Positions 16,361 to 23,943 of a stretch of 50,103 nt of DNA are shown in pieces (the first letter of the stretch is position 1; every line of letters begins with the position of its first letter). The notes below the pieces were generated by a model that was not told the origin of the DNA, did no database searches, and saw nothing but the letters and a program-made list of their open reading frames with translations. Position numbers and translations under genes: made by a program. The stretch is from a virus. Location of the stretch: the IMG/VR virus record IMGVR_UViG_3300045988_040880. One strand, given 5' to 3'.

Positions 16361-17287
16361 ATGGCAGGCAACAAGCTGATATTCAAGAATGCTGAAGAGG
16401 CGAGGAATGCTATTATGGCATCCCAGAAAAAAGAGATTGCCAAGCTCTATGAAGATTGGGCAGATGAGATTGGTGAGAGAGCTAACTACTACTCTCACAA
16501 ATCCACTGCAAGTGCTCCAGTGTCTGAGCGATATTACAGAGAATTGCAGAAGCAATTAAGAGCCACAAGTCAGGAAGTTTCCAATGAGGTATATAGAAAA
16601 ATCAAAACTAACATTCATACGGTTGCTGATGCAGTAATTGCCGATAATGTTAAGTGGCTTGCTGATTTTGGTTTTTCTGTGGACGGGTTGAATGCTGCGT
16701 TTAGTTATGTGCCTGATGAGATTGTACGAAATCTTATTACCGGTCAAATCTATGAAAGTGGTTGGAGTTTAAGCTCAAGAATTTGGAGTGATAATGAAGC
16801 TGCTCTCAAAGATATTTATCAGGTGATGGCAAAAGGACTTGCTGAAAATAAATCCATTTATGAGATTGCTAAGGACCTGGAATCTTATGTAAGACCAAGT
16901 GCTCGACTTCCTTGGAATCTTCGTATGAAAGATGGTGTAAAGATTTACAAAAAGCAGGTTGACTATAATGCTCAGCGATTGGCAAGGACTTTGGTCCAAC
17001 ATGGCTATCAGCAAAGCTTCATTGCAGCAACTCAGAAAAATCCATTCATTACCGAATATGTTTGGAGAAGTAATGGTAGTCGAGTTTGTGAATTGTGTGA
17101 AGCTCGTGATGGTGTTCATTATAAAAAGGATGAATTGCCTATGGACCACCCAAATGGAATGTGTACTATGGAACCTGTTGTGGTTGATAATATGGTCGAC
17201 CAACTGGCAGATTGGTTTAATAGTCCTGACGGTACCTATCCTGATATTGATGAATTTGCCAAGGACTTTGGATATAATCCAGATTAA
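16361..17287 (+). CDS. Minor head / head morphogenesis protein (Mu F / SPP1 gp7-like)
   Basis: C-terminal 'RVCELCEARDG...DHPNGMCTMEPV', typical of the family. Confidence 0.7.
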   Translation: MAGNKLIFKNAEEARNAIMASQKKEIAKLYEDWADEIGERANYYSHKSTASAPVSERYYRELQKQLRATSQEVSNEVYRKIKTNIHTVADAVIADNVKWLADFGFSVDGLNAAFSYVPDEIVRNLITGQIYESGWSLSSRIWSDNEAALKDIYQVMAKGLAENKSIYEIAKDLESYVRPSARLPWNLRMKDGVKIYKKQVDYNAQRLARTLVQHGYQQSFIAATQKNPFITEYVWRSNGSRVCELCEARDGVHYKKDELPMDHPNGMCTMEPVVVDNMVDQLADWFNSPDGTYPDIDEFAKDFGYNPD

Positions 17288-17380
17288 CTCAGATAACCCC
17301 AGAATGAATTTTAGGATATTATATTATAATTTCTATTATTAACCGGAAAGATTCATTCTGGATTAAATCTGGACCTCTGG
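17279..17380. repeat. Composite element C: phased CCAGA array, AT-rich core, inverted array
   Basis: CCAGA/TCAGA/CCAGA at 17279, 17289, 17299. Core has attatattataat. TCTGG at 17357, 17368, 17376. Confidence 0.8.
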
Positions 17381-17457
17381 AGAATATACCTCAAATTAAG
17401 GCTTTGGACATATCTGAAATAAGTTCGAAAATAATTCAAAAAGTTTTCAAAAAGATA

Positions 17458-17486
17458 TGTACAAGTCAGGAAAAATATGGTATAAT
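17458..17486 (+). promoter_or_regulatory. Promoter P4: TGTACA-N17-TATAAT
   Basis: TGTACA at 17458-17463 and TGGTATAAT ending at 17486. Upstream ttcaaaaagttttcaaaaa. Confidence 0.8.
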
Positions 17487-17536
17487 AAATACAAGTGGTT
17501 GGGAGGACCAAATGAAAATCTAAAGGAGGAAATCCG

Positions 17537-17956
17537 ATGAGTGAAATCAATCGAGAACGAATGTCCTTGATGGTTGAATGTGAGGACTGCAAACATAAGT
17601 TTGAAATTACTTCAGGTGAAGCTGCACATTCGGTAACCCACAAGAAAGAGTTCAACGTAAATGGCCAATCAATATTCCTTACATATTACGATTGTCCAAG
17701 TTGTGGCAGACGCCATTATGTCCAAATTGATGATAAGACATCGCTCAATAAATTGAGAGAAGTTTCTCAGCAGTTTGTTAAGCTGTCTGTCGCGAAGAAA
17801 AAGGGCAAAACAATTCCACAAAAGCAATCAGCTAAATTCAAGAAAGCTCGACAGCACCTGTCTGACTACAGGATGAATCTTATGAAACAATACACCGGTA
17901 AGTTGATTCACGACAACGAAACGGATTCTGATTTTGTGTTGAGGTTTTCGGTATGA
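17537..17956 (+). CDS. Zinc-ribbon protein, paralog 1
   Basis: 'CEDCKHKFEI' ... 'YDCPSCGRRHYVQIDDK'. Same architecture as the next gene. Confidence 0.6.
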   Translation: MSEINRERMSLMVECEDCKHKFEITSGEAAHSVTHKKEFNVNGQSIFLTYYDCPSCGRRHYVQIDDKTSLNKLREVSQQFVKLSVAKKKGKTIPQKQSAKFKKARQHLSDYRMNLMKQYTGKLIHDNETDSDFVLRFSV

Positions 17957-18357
17957 AGCAGAATGAATCAGAGAAAATAATTTATTGTGATGAATGCAAA
18001 CATGAGTTTCTCTTGAAAGCTGTGGAGATAAAAGAGGCCATTGTCAAAATTGGTAATGTGCCGGTTACCTTGGTTTATTTTGCGTGTCCAAAGTGTAATA
18101 AGATTTACCGTGTGTCCATTCAGGATAAACGTTATTATGAACTTAAAGAGGACCTTGAGAAAACTAAAAAGAGGATTCGAAGAAATCATGGTAGCAATAA
18201 TGTTGAGATGGCAAGAATGCTGAACTCTATGGTTGTTAAAAAGCATGAGCGATTGGCAGCCTATGTTAAGAAAGTGAATGAGACATTCAATGGAACGTTT
18301 ACCTTTGTGGCGTCTGAAAACAATCAAGAGGAAAAATCAATCATATATCTACCATGA
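17953..18357 (+). CDS. Zinc-ribbon protein, paralog 2
   Basis: 'CDECKHEFLL' ... 'FACPKCNKIYRVSIQDK'. ATGA overlap with paralog 1. Confidence 0.6.
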   Translation: MKQNESEKIIYCDECKHEFLLKAVEIKEAIVKIGNVPVTLVYFACPKCNKIYRVSIQDKRYYELKEDLEKTKKRIRRNHGSNNVEMARMLNSMVVKKHERLAAYVKKVNETFNGTFTFVASENNQEEKSIIYLP

Positions 18358-18385
18358 GTATCATGGAACAAGGAGGAAAATCAAA

Positions 18386-19096
18386 ATGGCTGACGAAACC
18401 AAGAACAACAACCTCACTGATGAGGAAATTGAAGAGAACGAGGACGTTGAAGACCAGGACAACAAGGATGATTCTGGAAAGTCCGGTGATGATAAATCCG
18501 GTAAGGGTGATGATAAGGGTTCCAAAGGTGGTAAGACCTTTACTCAGGACCAGGTAAATCGTATGATGACCCGTGAGAAAAATCAGGGTCGTAATGCTGC
18601 TTACAAGGAATTGGGTATTGACCCTAAGGACACTAAGATGGTCAATATGTTCAAAGCTTTTGTCGAAAGTCAGAAGACTGATGAGCAGAAGGCTGCCGAA
18701 AAGGAAACCGAAAATCAGACCAAAATGAACGAAGCCGAGCAGAGAGCTCAGGTTGCTGAAGCTAAGGCTGAAGCTATGATGTTGGGTGTTAAGACCCAGT
18801 ATGTGGATGATGTGGTTACTCTTGCACTTGCAAAGATGACCGAAGATTCCGACCTGAAGACTATCATCGGTGAGTTCAAGACTAAGTACCCTGTTTGGTT
18901 CGGTGAATCCGAAGAGGATGACGATAAGGGCAAGGGGAAAGACACTAAAGGTAAGACTGGCCAGAAGGGAACCGGTTCTTCTGTTAAGACTTCCAAGGAA
19001 GACAAAAAGGCAGATGAAAAAGGTTTGGGTGCACGTCTTGCCGCACAGCGCCGTGGTACTGGCAAGAAGTCCAGCTACTGGGGCAATAACAAATAA
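18386..19096 (+). CDS. Scaffolding protein
   Basis: ATG 18386 with an AGGAGG RBS. Acidic N-terminus and 'FTQDQVNRMMTREKNQGR'. Coiled, K/E-rich, upstream of the capsid genes. Confidence 0.65.
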   Translation: MADETKNNNLTDEEIEENEDVEDQDNKDDSGKSGDDKSGKGDDKGSKGGKTFTQDQVNRMMTREKNQGRNAAYKELGIDPKDTKMVNMFKAFVESQKTDEQKAAEKETENQTKMNEAEQRAQVAEAKAEAMMLGVKTQYVDDVVTLALAKMTEDSDLKTIIGEFKTKYPVWFGESEEDDDKGKGKDTKGKTGQKGTGSSVKTSKEDKKADEKGLGARLAAQRRGTGKKSSYWGNNK

Positions 19097-19112
19097 ATGG
19101 AGGTAATGAAAG

Positions 19113-19823
19113 ATGCTTAATCGTAATGGAATTTCTAAGACTACTTACGGTGCGCCTCGTCAGATTCTGGCAAACGTTGATATTCAGGCGTCTGTTGGCT
19201 GCCGCGTACCTCAGTCTATTGGTGTTGACCTTGCTGATGGCAGAAAAATTGCTAAAGCAGGTACTCCGATTATTGTAAATTTTGGCAATCTTCAGGCTGA
19301 TGTTGCTGCAACTGTTGGTCCTACTGCTGGTGTATTCACTTTGCAGATTACAACTGCATTTGCAGCTGATGAAGTTCTTACTATTGCAGGTGTTAACTAC
19401 ACTTGTGCAGCCGCAGAAGACGTCAATGGTAAGAAGTTTGCAGGTGCGGATGCTGCTGCGCAGGTAACATCTCTGCTTAAGATGGTAAAGACTGATAAGT
19501 ATGAAGTAGCTGCTGTTTCTGGTGCTACTGATAAGATTGGCTTTACTCAGAAGGTTGCTGATGTTACTGATACTGCTGGCCCTGAAGTTTCTAAGACTTC
19601 TTCGACTGGTGCTATTGGTTCTGTAACTAAGGTAACTGACCCGTCTGCTGGTACAACTGGTAATGCAGTTCTGCTTCATGACGTTGATGTTACTGCAGGT
19701 AAAGCAAACGGCACTGCTCTTTACATTGGTGTTGTTAATACCAATCGTCTTGAAGCTGACGTTAAGGCAAAGGTTGCTTATGGCGTAAACGTTGTTGGTG
19801 GCGTTTCCTTTGTTAATGCGTAA
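19113..19823 (+). CDS. Structural head protein (decoration-like), A/G/V/T-rich
   Basis: Lies between scaffold and major capsid. Composition is typical of surface head proteins. Function not proven. Confidence 0.4.
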   Translation: MLNRNGISKTTYGAPRQILANVDIQASVGCRVPQSIGVDLADGRKIAKAGTPIIVNFGNLQADVAATVGPTAGVFTLQITTAFAADEVLTIAGVNYTCAAAEDVNGKKFAGADAAAQVTSLLKMVKTDKYEVAAVSGATDKIGFTQKVADVTDTAGPEVSKTSSTGAIGSVTKVTDPSAGTTGNAVLLHDVDVTAGKANGTALYIGVVNTNRLEADVKAKVAYGVNVVGGVSFVNA

Positions 19824-19849
19824 GAAATAAGATAAGGAGGAAAACGATA

Positions 19850-20884
19850 ATGACTATTTTTGATTTGATGCAGTCTCAGGAGCTTACTGCGTACTGGGAT
19901 GAACTTATTCAGGATGAAGCTCCTTATCCTTGTGAAGAGCTGTTCCCTGATGACAAAAAGCGTGGTATTTCTCTTAAGTGGATTAAGGGCTCCAAAGGAC
20001 TCCCTGTTGTGCTTAAGACTTCTGCGTTTGATGTGCATGCAATTCCTCGTGCACGTATTGGCTTCGAAAAGCTTACCGCTGAGATGCCTTATTTTAAGGA
20101 ATCTACCTACATCGATGAAGAGCTTCGTCAGGAACTCAATCTTGTTCTTGAGACCGGCAATCAGGCTTACATCGATTCTGTGATGAACAAGATTTTTGAT
20201 GATGAGATTCGTCTGCTTCGTGGTGCTGCTGCTTCTCGTGAGAGAATGCGTATGATGGCACTCACTACCGGTATTATCTCTATGGCTGCAAATGGCCAGA
20301 GCTTCACTTTCGATTATGGTGTAACTCATAAGGGTAATGCTGCAGTTGCTTGGTCTGACCATGCTAACTCTGACCCTATCGAGGACATTCGTGTTGCTAA
20401 GGAAGCAATTCAGGACGAAACCGGTGCTGTTATCACTCGTGCTATGTGTGATGGTGCTACTTGGAGAAACATCCGCAACAATGATAAGATTAAGAAGGCA
20501 ATCTTTGTTCTTACCAACGGTGCTGGTGCTATTTCTGATAAGCAGCTTCGTCAGTACATTATGGATGAGCTCGAAATCGACGTTATGGTTAACGATAAGC
20601 GTTACAAGGATGAGAACGAGCAGACTGCTAAGTTCATGCCTTCTAACACCTTCGTTATGTTCCCTGACGGCGACCTCGGCAAGACTTGGTTCGGTACTAC
20701 TCCTGCAGAGTCTGACCTCATGTCTGGTTCTGTTGCGAACGTATCTATTACCGATACCGGTGTTGCAGTTACTACTGTTCAGAAGGCTGACCCTGTTCAG
20801 GTTGAGACTATCGTTTCTATGATTTGTCTGCCTTCCTTCGAAGCTGCTGACCAGGTTTATATCTTGGACACTACTGTAGCTTAA
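19850..20884 (+). CDS. Major capsid protein (gpE-like)
   Basis: 344 aa with an N-terminal 'IFDLMQSQELTAYWDE..PYPCEELFP' pattern of the capsid E family. Strong RBS and high-expression codon bias. Confidence 0.7.
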   Translation: MTIFDLMQSQELTAYWDELIQDEAPYPCEELFPDDKKRGISLKWIKGSKGLPVVLKTSAFDVHAIPRARIGFEKLTAEMPYFKESTYIDEELRQELNLVLETGNQAYIDSVMNKIFDDEIRLLRGAAASRERMRMMALTTGIISMAANGQSFTFDYGVTHKGNAAVAWSDHANSDPIEDIRVAKEAIQDETGAVITRAMCDGATWRNIRNNDKIKKAIFVLTNGAGAISDKQLRQYIMDELEIDVMVNDKRYKDENEQTAKFMPSNTFVMFPDGDLGKTWFGTTPAESDLMSGSVANVSITDTGVAVTTVQKADPVQVETIVSMICLPSFEAADQVYILDTTVA

Positions 20885-20900
20885 TTAAGGAGGTACGAGC

Positions 20901-21221
20901 ATGGTTAAGATTACGAATGGTGTAAATGTGTTTGAAGTGACTCGTGGTGCCTTTGACGGGATTTACTCTCGTCAGGGGTATACCATCATGAATGAGAAGG
21001 CTGCAGAGGGTGCAAAGACTCCTGAAGCTCCTAAGGCTCCTGAAAAGACTGAGGATGAGATTTTTGTGGAAGAGATTCTCGAAAAGCCTATTTCTCAGTG
21101 GAATAAGGATGAAGTGAAGCGTTTTGCTGGTATCAAGGAGATTGACATCACCGGTACTAAGAACGCCAACGAAGCCAAGGAGATTATCAAGTCCTTCCTC
21201 GAAGCTCAGGAACAGGAATAA
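20901..21221 (+). CDS. Hypothetical head-associated protein
   Basis: ORF with an AGGAGG RBS. C-terminal HeH-like 'WNKDEVKRFAGIKEIDITGTKNANEAKEIIKSFL'. Confidence 0.5.
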   Translation: MVKITNGVNVFEVTRGAFDGIYSRQGYTIMNEKAAEGAKTPEAPKAPEKTEDEIFVEEILEKPISQWNKDEVKRFAGIKEIDITGTKNANEAKEIIKSFLEAQEQE

Positions 21222-21232
21222 GAGGTGAACCC

Positions 21233-21484
21233 ATGACGGATATTGAGAGGATTAAAAAGGAAATACGAGAAGCTCAGTCTCCGTACTTTGACGAAGACGA
21301 CTTCCAGTACTACCTTGACAAGAATCATGGCAATGTGGATGCTACCATCTACGAGATGCTTATTATCAAGTCTGAAGATTCTACAATATCTGTCAGTGGT
21401 TTGTCCACTCAGGACACTTCAGCTTATTTTAAGCGTCTGGCCTCTCGTTACAAGCCCTTCAATTCTGGCATAATGCAGGATTAG
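21233..21484 (+). CDS. Head-tail connector candidate
   Basis: Size and position only. Confidence 0.35.
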   Translation: MTDIERIKKEIREAQSPYFDEDDFQYYLDKNHGNVDATIYEMLIIKSEDSTISVSGLSTQDTSAYFKRLASRYKPFNSGIMQD

Positions 21485-21494
21485 GAGGTGTCCC

Positions 21495-21878
21495 ATGATA
21501 AATACGAGATTTGAGGCTTATAAAATTAAAAGAGAGTTAAAGCGAAGCGGTATTGATTACGAGTTTAAGAGGAAGGAAAAGAATGATTTTGGTGAACCTA
21601 CTGGAGACCCGGAAGTGTTTGGTTCCCTTAAAGGGATTTACCATGAGCAGAATAGCAATATTCAGGTAACTACCGGTGATACAACTCAGGTTCGTACCAA
21701 GAAAATTCCGATGATTCTGTGCTTGTATGAAGATACCGCTCGTTTAGCTTTGGTAGTTGGTGACACTGTTACAATCAATGCCAAGACATTCAAAGTCACA
21801 GGTGTTGTAAATATCCAAGAGTGGAATCTCATCTCTGATATTTCATTGGAGGTGGTTGACGGTGGCGTTCCAGCTTAA
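21495..21878 (+). CDS. Head-tail joining / head closure candidate
   Basis: Size and position, with an AGGAGGTG RBS. Confidence 0.4.
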   Translation: MINTRFEAYKIKRELKRSGIDYEFKRKEKNDFGEPTGDPEVFGSLKGIYHEQNSNIQVTTGDTTQVRTKKIPMILCLYEDTARLALVVGDTVTINAKTFKVTGVVNIQEWNLISDISLEVVDGGVPA

Positions 21879-22224
21879 CTACAACGAAAGTACGTTGAAG
21901 AAAAATCTTGACAAGATGGGAACAAAACTTGGTGCAGTTATTTTGATGTATTCTGCAACTAAAGCAAGTGAACTTCAAAGCAAGATGAAATTGAATCGTC
22001 CTTGGACTGATAGGACCGGTATGGCAAAAGCTTTGCTGACTGCTAAAGTTTCTCAGCCAAGTCAAACTATTGTACGCATTACTCTTGCACATGGTGTTGA
22101 GTATGGTATCTGGTTGGAATTGGCACATGAGAAGAATTATGCTATTATCGCACCAACTGTCAGAGAAGAAGGTCCAAGAATTGTCGAGGACTTGGATAAT
22201 CTGATGAGTAAGTTGAAACTGTGA
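21856..22224 (+). CDS. HK97 gp10-like tail completion protein (start 21856 TTG or 21862 GTG)
   Basis: 'RPWTDRTGMAKALL...GVEYGIWLELAHEKNYAII' pattern. GGAGGTGG RBS. Confidence 0.5.
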   Translation: MTVAFQLNYNESTLKKNLDKMGTKLGAVILMYSATKASELQSKMKLNRPWTDRTGMAKALLTAKVSQPSQTIVRITLAHGVEYGIWLELAHEKNYAIIAPTVREEGPRIVEDLDNLMSKLKL

Positions 22225-22234
22225 GGTGATAAGC

Positions 22235-22609
22235 ATGATTGATGCAAGTTTTCAGTATGCTGAATCCAGATGGCAGGACATTTTCCTCCATTTGAAGAAA
22301 GAAGGATTTGATGTATATTCTCCAGGCACAAAGGTTGGTGAATGCACCGAAGAATATATTGTTGTGAAGAATGACGGTTCGTCTAAACATCCAACGGTAA
22401 GTTCTGACAATGACCTGTATGCAGTTATGTGTTATGTGCCGAAAGAGAGTTACAGCAGACTTGAGCCGATGGTTCAGGAAGTTAAAAGTGTGATGAAGGG
22501 GTTGGAGCCTATGATTCTTCCTTATGGAAGTCAGACCCCGAGTTATTATGATGATAGCTATAAGGCTCACATGATTAGTATAGAATACAAGAACTATAAG
22601 AAAATCTGA
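22235..22609 (+). CDS. Tail terminator / tail completion candidate
   Basis: ATG 22235 with a GAGGTG RBS. Position upstream of the major tail protein. Confidence 0.4.
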   Translation: MIDASFQYAESRWQDIFLHLKKEGFDVYSPGTKVGECTEEYIVVKNDGSSKHPTVSSDNDLYAVMCYVPKESYSRLEPMVQEVKSVMKGLEPMILPYGSQTPSYYDDSYKAHMISIEYKNYKKI

Positions 22610-22626
22610 TGAAGGAGGAATTGACA

Positions 22627-23193
22627 ATGTCTGTTAAGAAATCGAAAGCCGAGATTGCAACTATTGACTGTTGCCTTGTTACCATTGAAACCAATGATGG
22701 TGAATTTGGTTTTGACACTGCAAACAAGATTGAAGTTGAGCCTCAGATTGAAGAGCAGGATGCTGTTAAGCTGGTTGTAAAGGGTATTCTTCGTGCCCAG
22801 AAACCTAAGGTCAGCACCATCACAGGCAACGAAATCACCCTCACTGATAATGTGTTCAACCCTGAGCTTGTTCTTATTCTTCAGGGCGGTACTATTAAGT
22901 ACGACCCCAATGAGCCGACCAAGATTATTGGTTACACTCCTCCTGTTGCCGGTTCTTCCGACAAGGGTGAAGTATTTACGTTGAATGCATATTCTGCCCA
23001 GTACGATGCTTCTGGTCAGATTGTTCAGTACGAGAAGATTTCGTATCCTAATTGTCAGGGTGTTCCTGTTGCGTTTGGTTCTGAGGACGGTGTATTCCGT
23101 GTTCCTGAGTATACCATTAACTCTGCGCCTGCAAATGGCGAAGCACCTTATGACATCAACTATGTAGCTGAACTTCCTACTCTTGAAGATTAA
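22627..23193 (+). CDS. Major tail protein
   Basis: ATG 22627 with an AAGGAGGA RBS. Size and position upstream of the chaperone and tape measure genes. Confidence 0.6.
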   Translation: MSVKKSKAEIATIDCCLVTIETNDGEFGFDTANKIEVEPQIEEQDAVKLVVKGILRAQKPKVSTITGNEITLTDNVFNPELVLILQGGTIKYDPNEPTKIIGYTPPVAGSSDKGEVFTLNAYSAQYDASGQIVQYEKISYPNCQGVPVAFGSEDGVFRVPEYTINSAPANGEAPYDINYVAELPTLED

Positions 23194-23207
23194 GGAAGTT
23201 TAAGTAA

Positions 23208-23732
23208 ATGAAAGGAAAAGTGAGAAGCATGGATAATAGCATGTATGGAAATAACAATGGAGTTGTGAATGGTCAGTTTGGCGGTAATATGGTACCGCAG
23301 CAGATGAATAATCAGGTTCAGCCTGTAAACTGCAATCAGCCGATGAATATTACTTCTTTTGCTGACTTGCAGTCTTATGCTGCCGGTACTGTTGTCCGTT
23401 TCCCTGATTTTGCGGAAGGTCAGCCTTTCGTTGCTCGTGTTCGCAGGCCGAGTATGCTGGTGCTGGCTAAGCAGGGCAAGATTCCCAATACCTTGCTGAC
23501 TGCCGCAGGAGAACTGTTCTCCAAAGGTGGTGCAGGCATGGATTCTGACAATGAGAATATGCTTGCTGATGTGTATGGCATTTGTGAGGTAATTGCTAAG
23601 GCAACCCTTATGCAGCCTACTTACGAGGACATCACTAACGCAGGTATGGAGTTGTCTGATGACCAGATTATGGCTATCTTCAACTATACTCAGAATGGTG
23701 TAAAAGCCCTGGAATCCTTTCGTAAAGAGTAA
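23208..23732 (+). CDS. Tail assembly chaperone (gpG-like)
   Basis: Position immediately upstream of the tape measure gene. Followed by a short overlapping-frame ORF. Confidence 0.6.
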   Translation: MKGKVRSMDNSMYGNNNGVVNGQFGGNMVPQQMNNQVQPVNCNQPMNITSFADLQSYAAGTVVRFPDFAEGQPFVARVRRPSMLVLAKQGKIPNTLLTAAGELFSKGGAGMDSDNENMLADVYGICEVIAKATLMQPTYEDITNAGMELSDDQIMAIFNYTQNGVKALESFRKE

Positions 23733-23739
23733 GAAAATA

Positions 23740-23934
23740 TTGAATGTGCTAGGGCTGGCAAATGTATATCGTTGCCGCCCTAGTTTACTGTTAGACATAA
23801 CTGACCCTTACACAGCATATTGTTTTGATGAAGCTTGTGCTTATATTACTCGTCAAATGGAAGACGGTAAGGAGCCAACTTTCAAACTCAAATTCAAGTC
23901 TTTCAAAGATTTGTACAAGCACTATACTGGATAA
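23740..23934 (+). CDS. gpT-like ORF, expressed either from its own ATG or as a frameshift extension of the chaperone
   Basis: The +1 frame is open from 23704, overlapping the last 29 nt of the chaperone gene. SD upstream of ATG 23740 is weak. Confidence 0.4.
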   Translation: MNVLGLANVYRCRPSLLLDITDPYTAYCFDEACAYITRQMEDGKEPTFKLKFKSFKDLYKHYTG

Positions 23935-23943
23935 GTAAGGGAG

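Noticed and set aside
16713-16731. CUGAUGAG-AUUGUA-CGAAA, a hammerhead-like string inside the MuF-like gene
   Set aside because: The six nucleotides between the core halves cannot form stem II, and there are no complementary stems I or III. It lies in conserved coding sequence. The same holds for CUGAUGAG...CGAAA at 7415-7441 and for CUGAUGA occurrences at 1384, 22606 and 33416.
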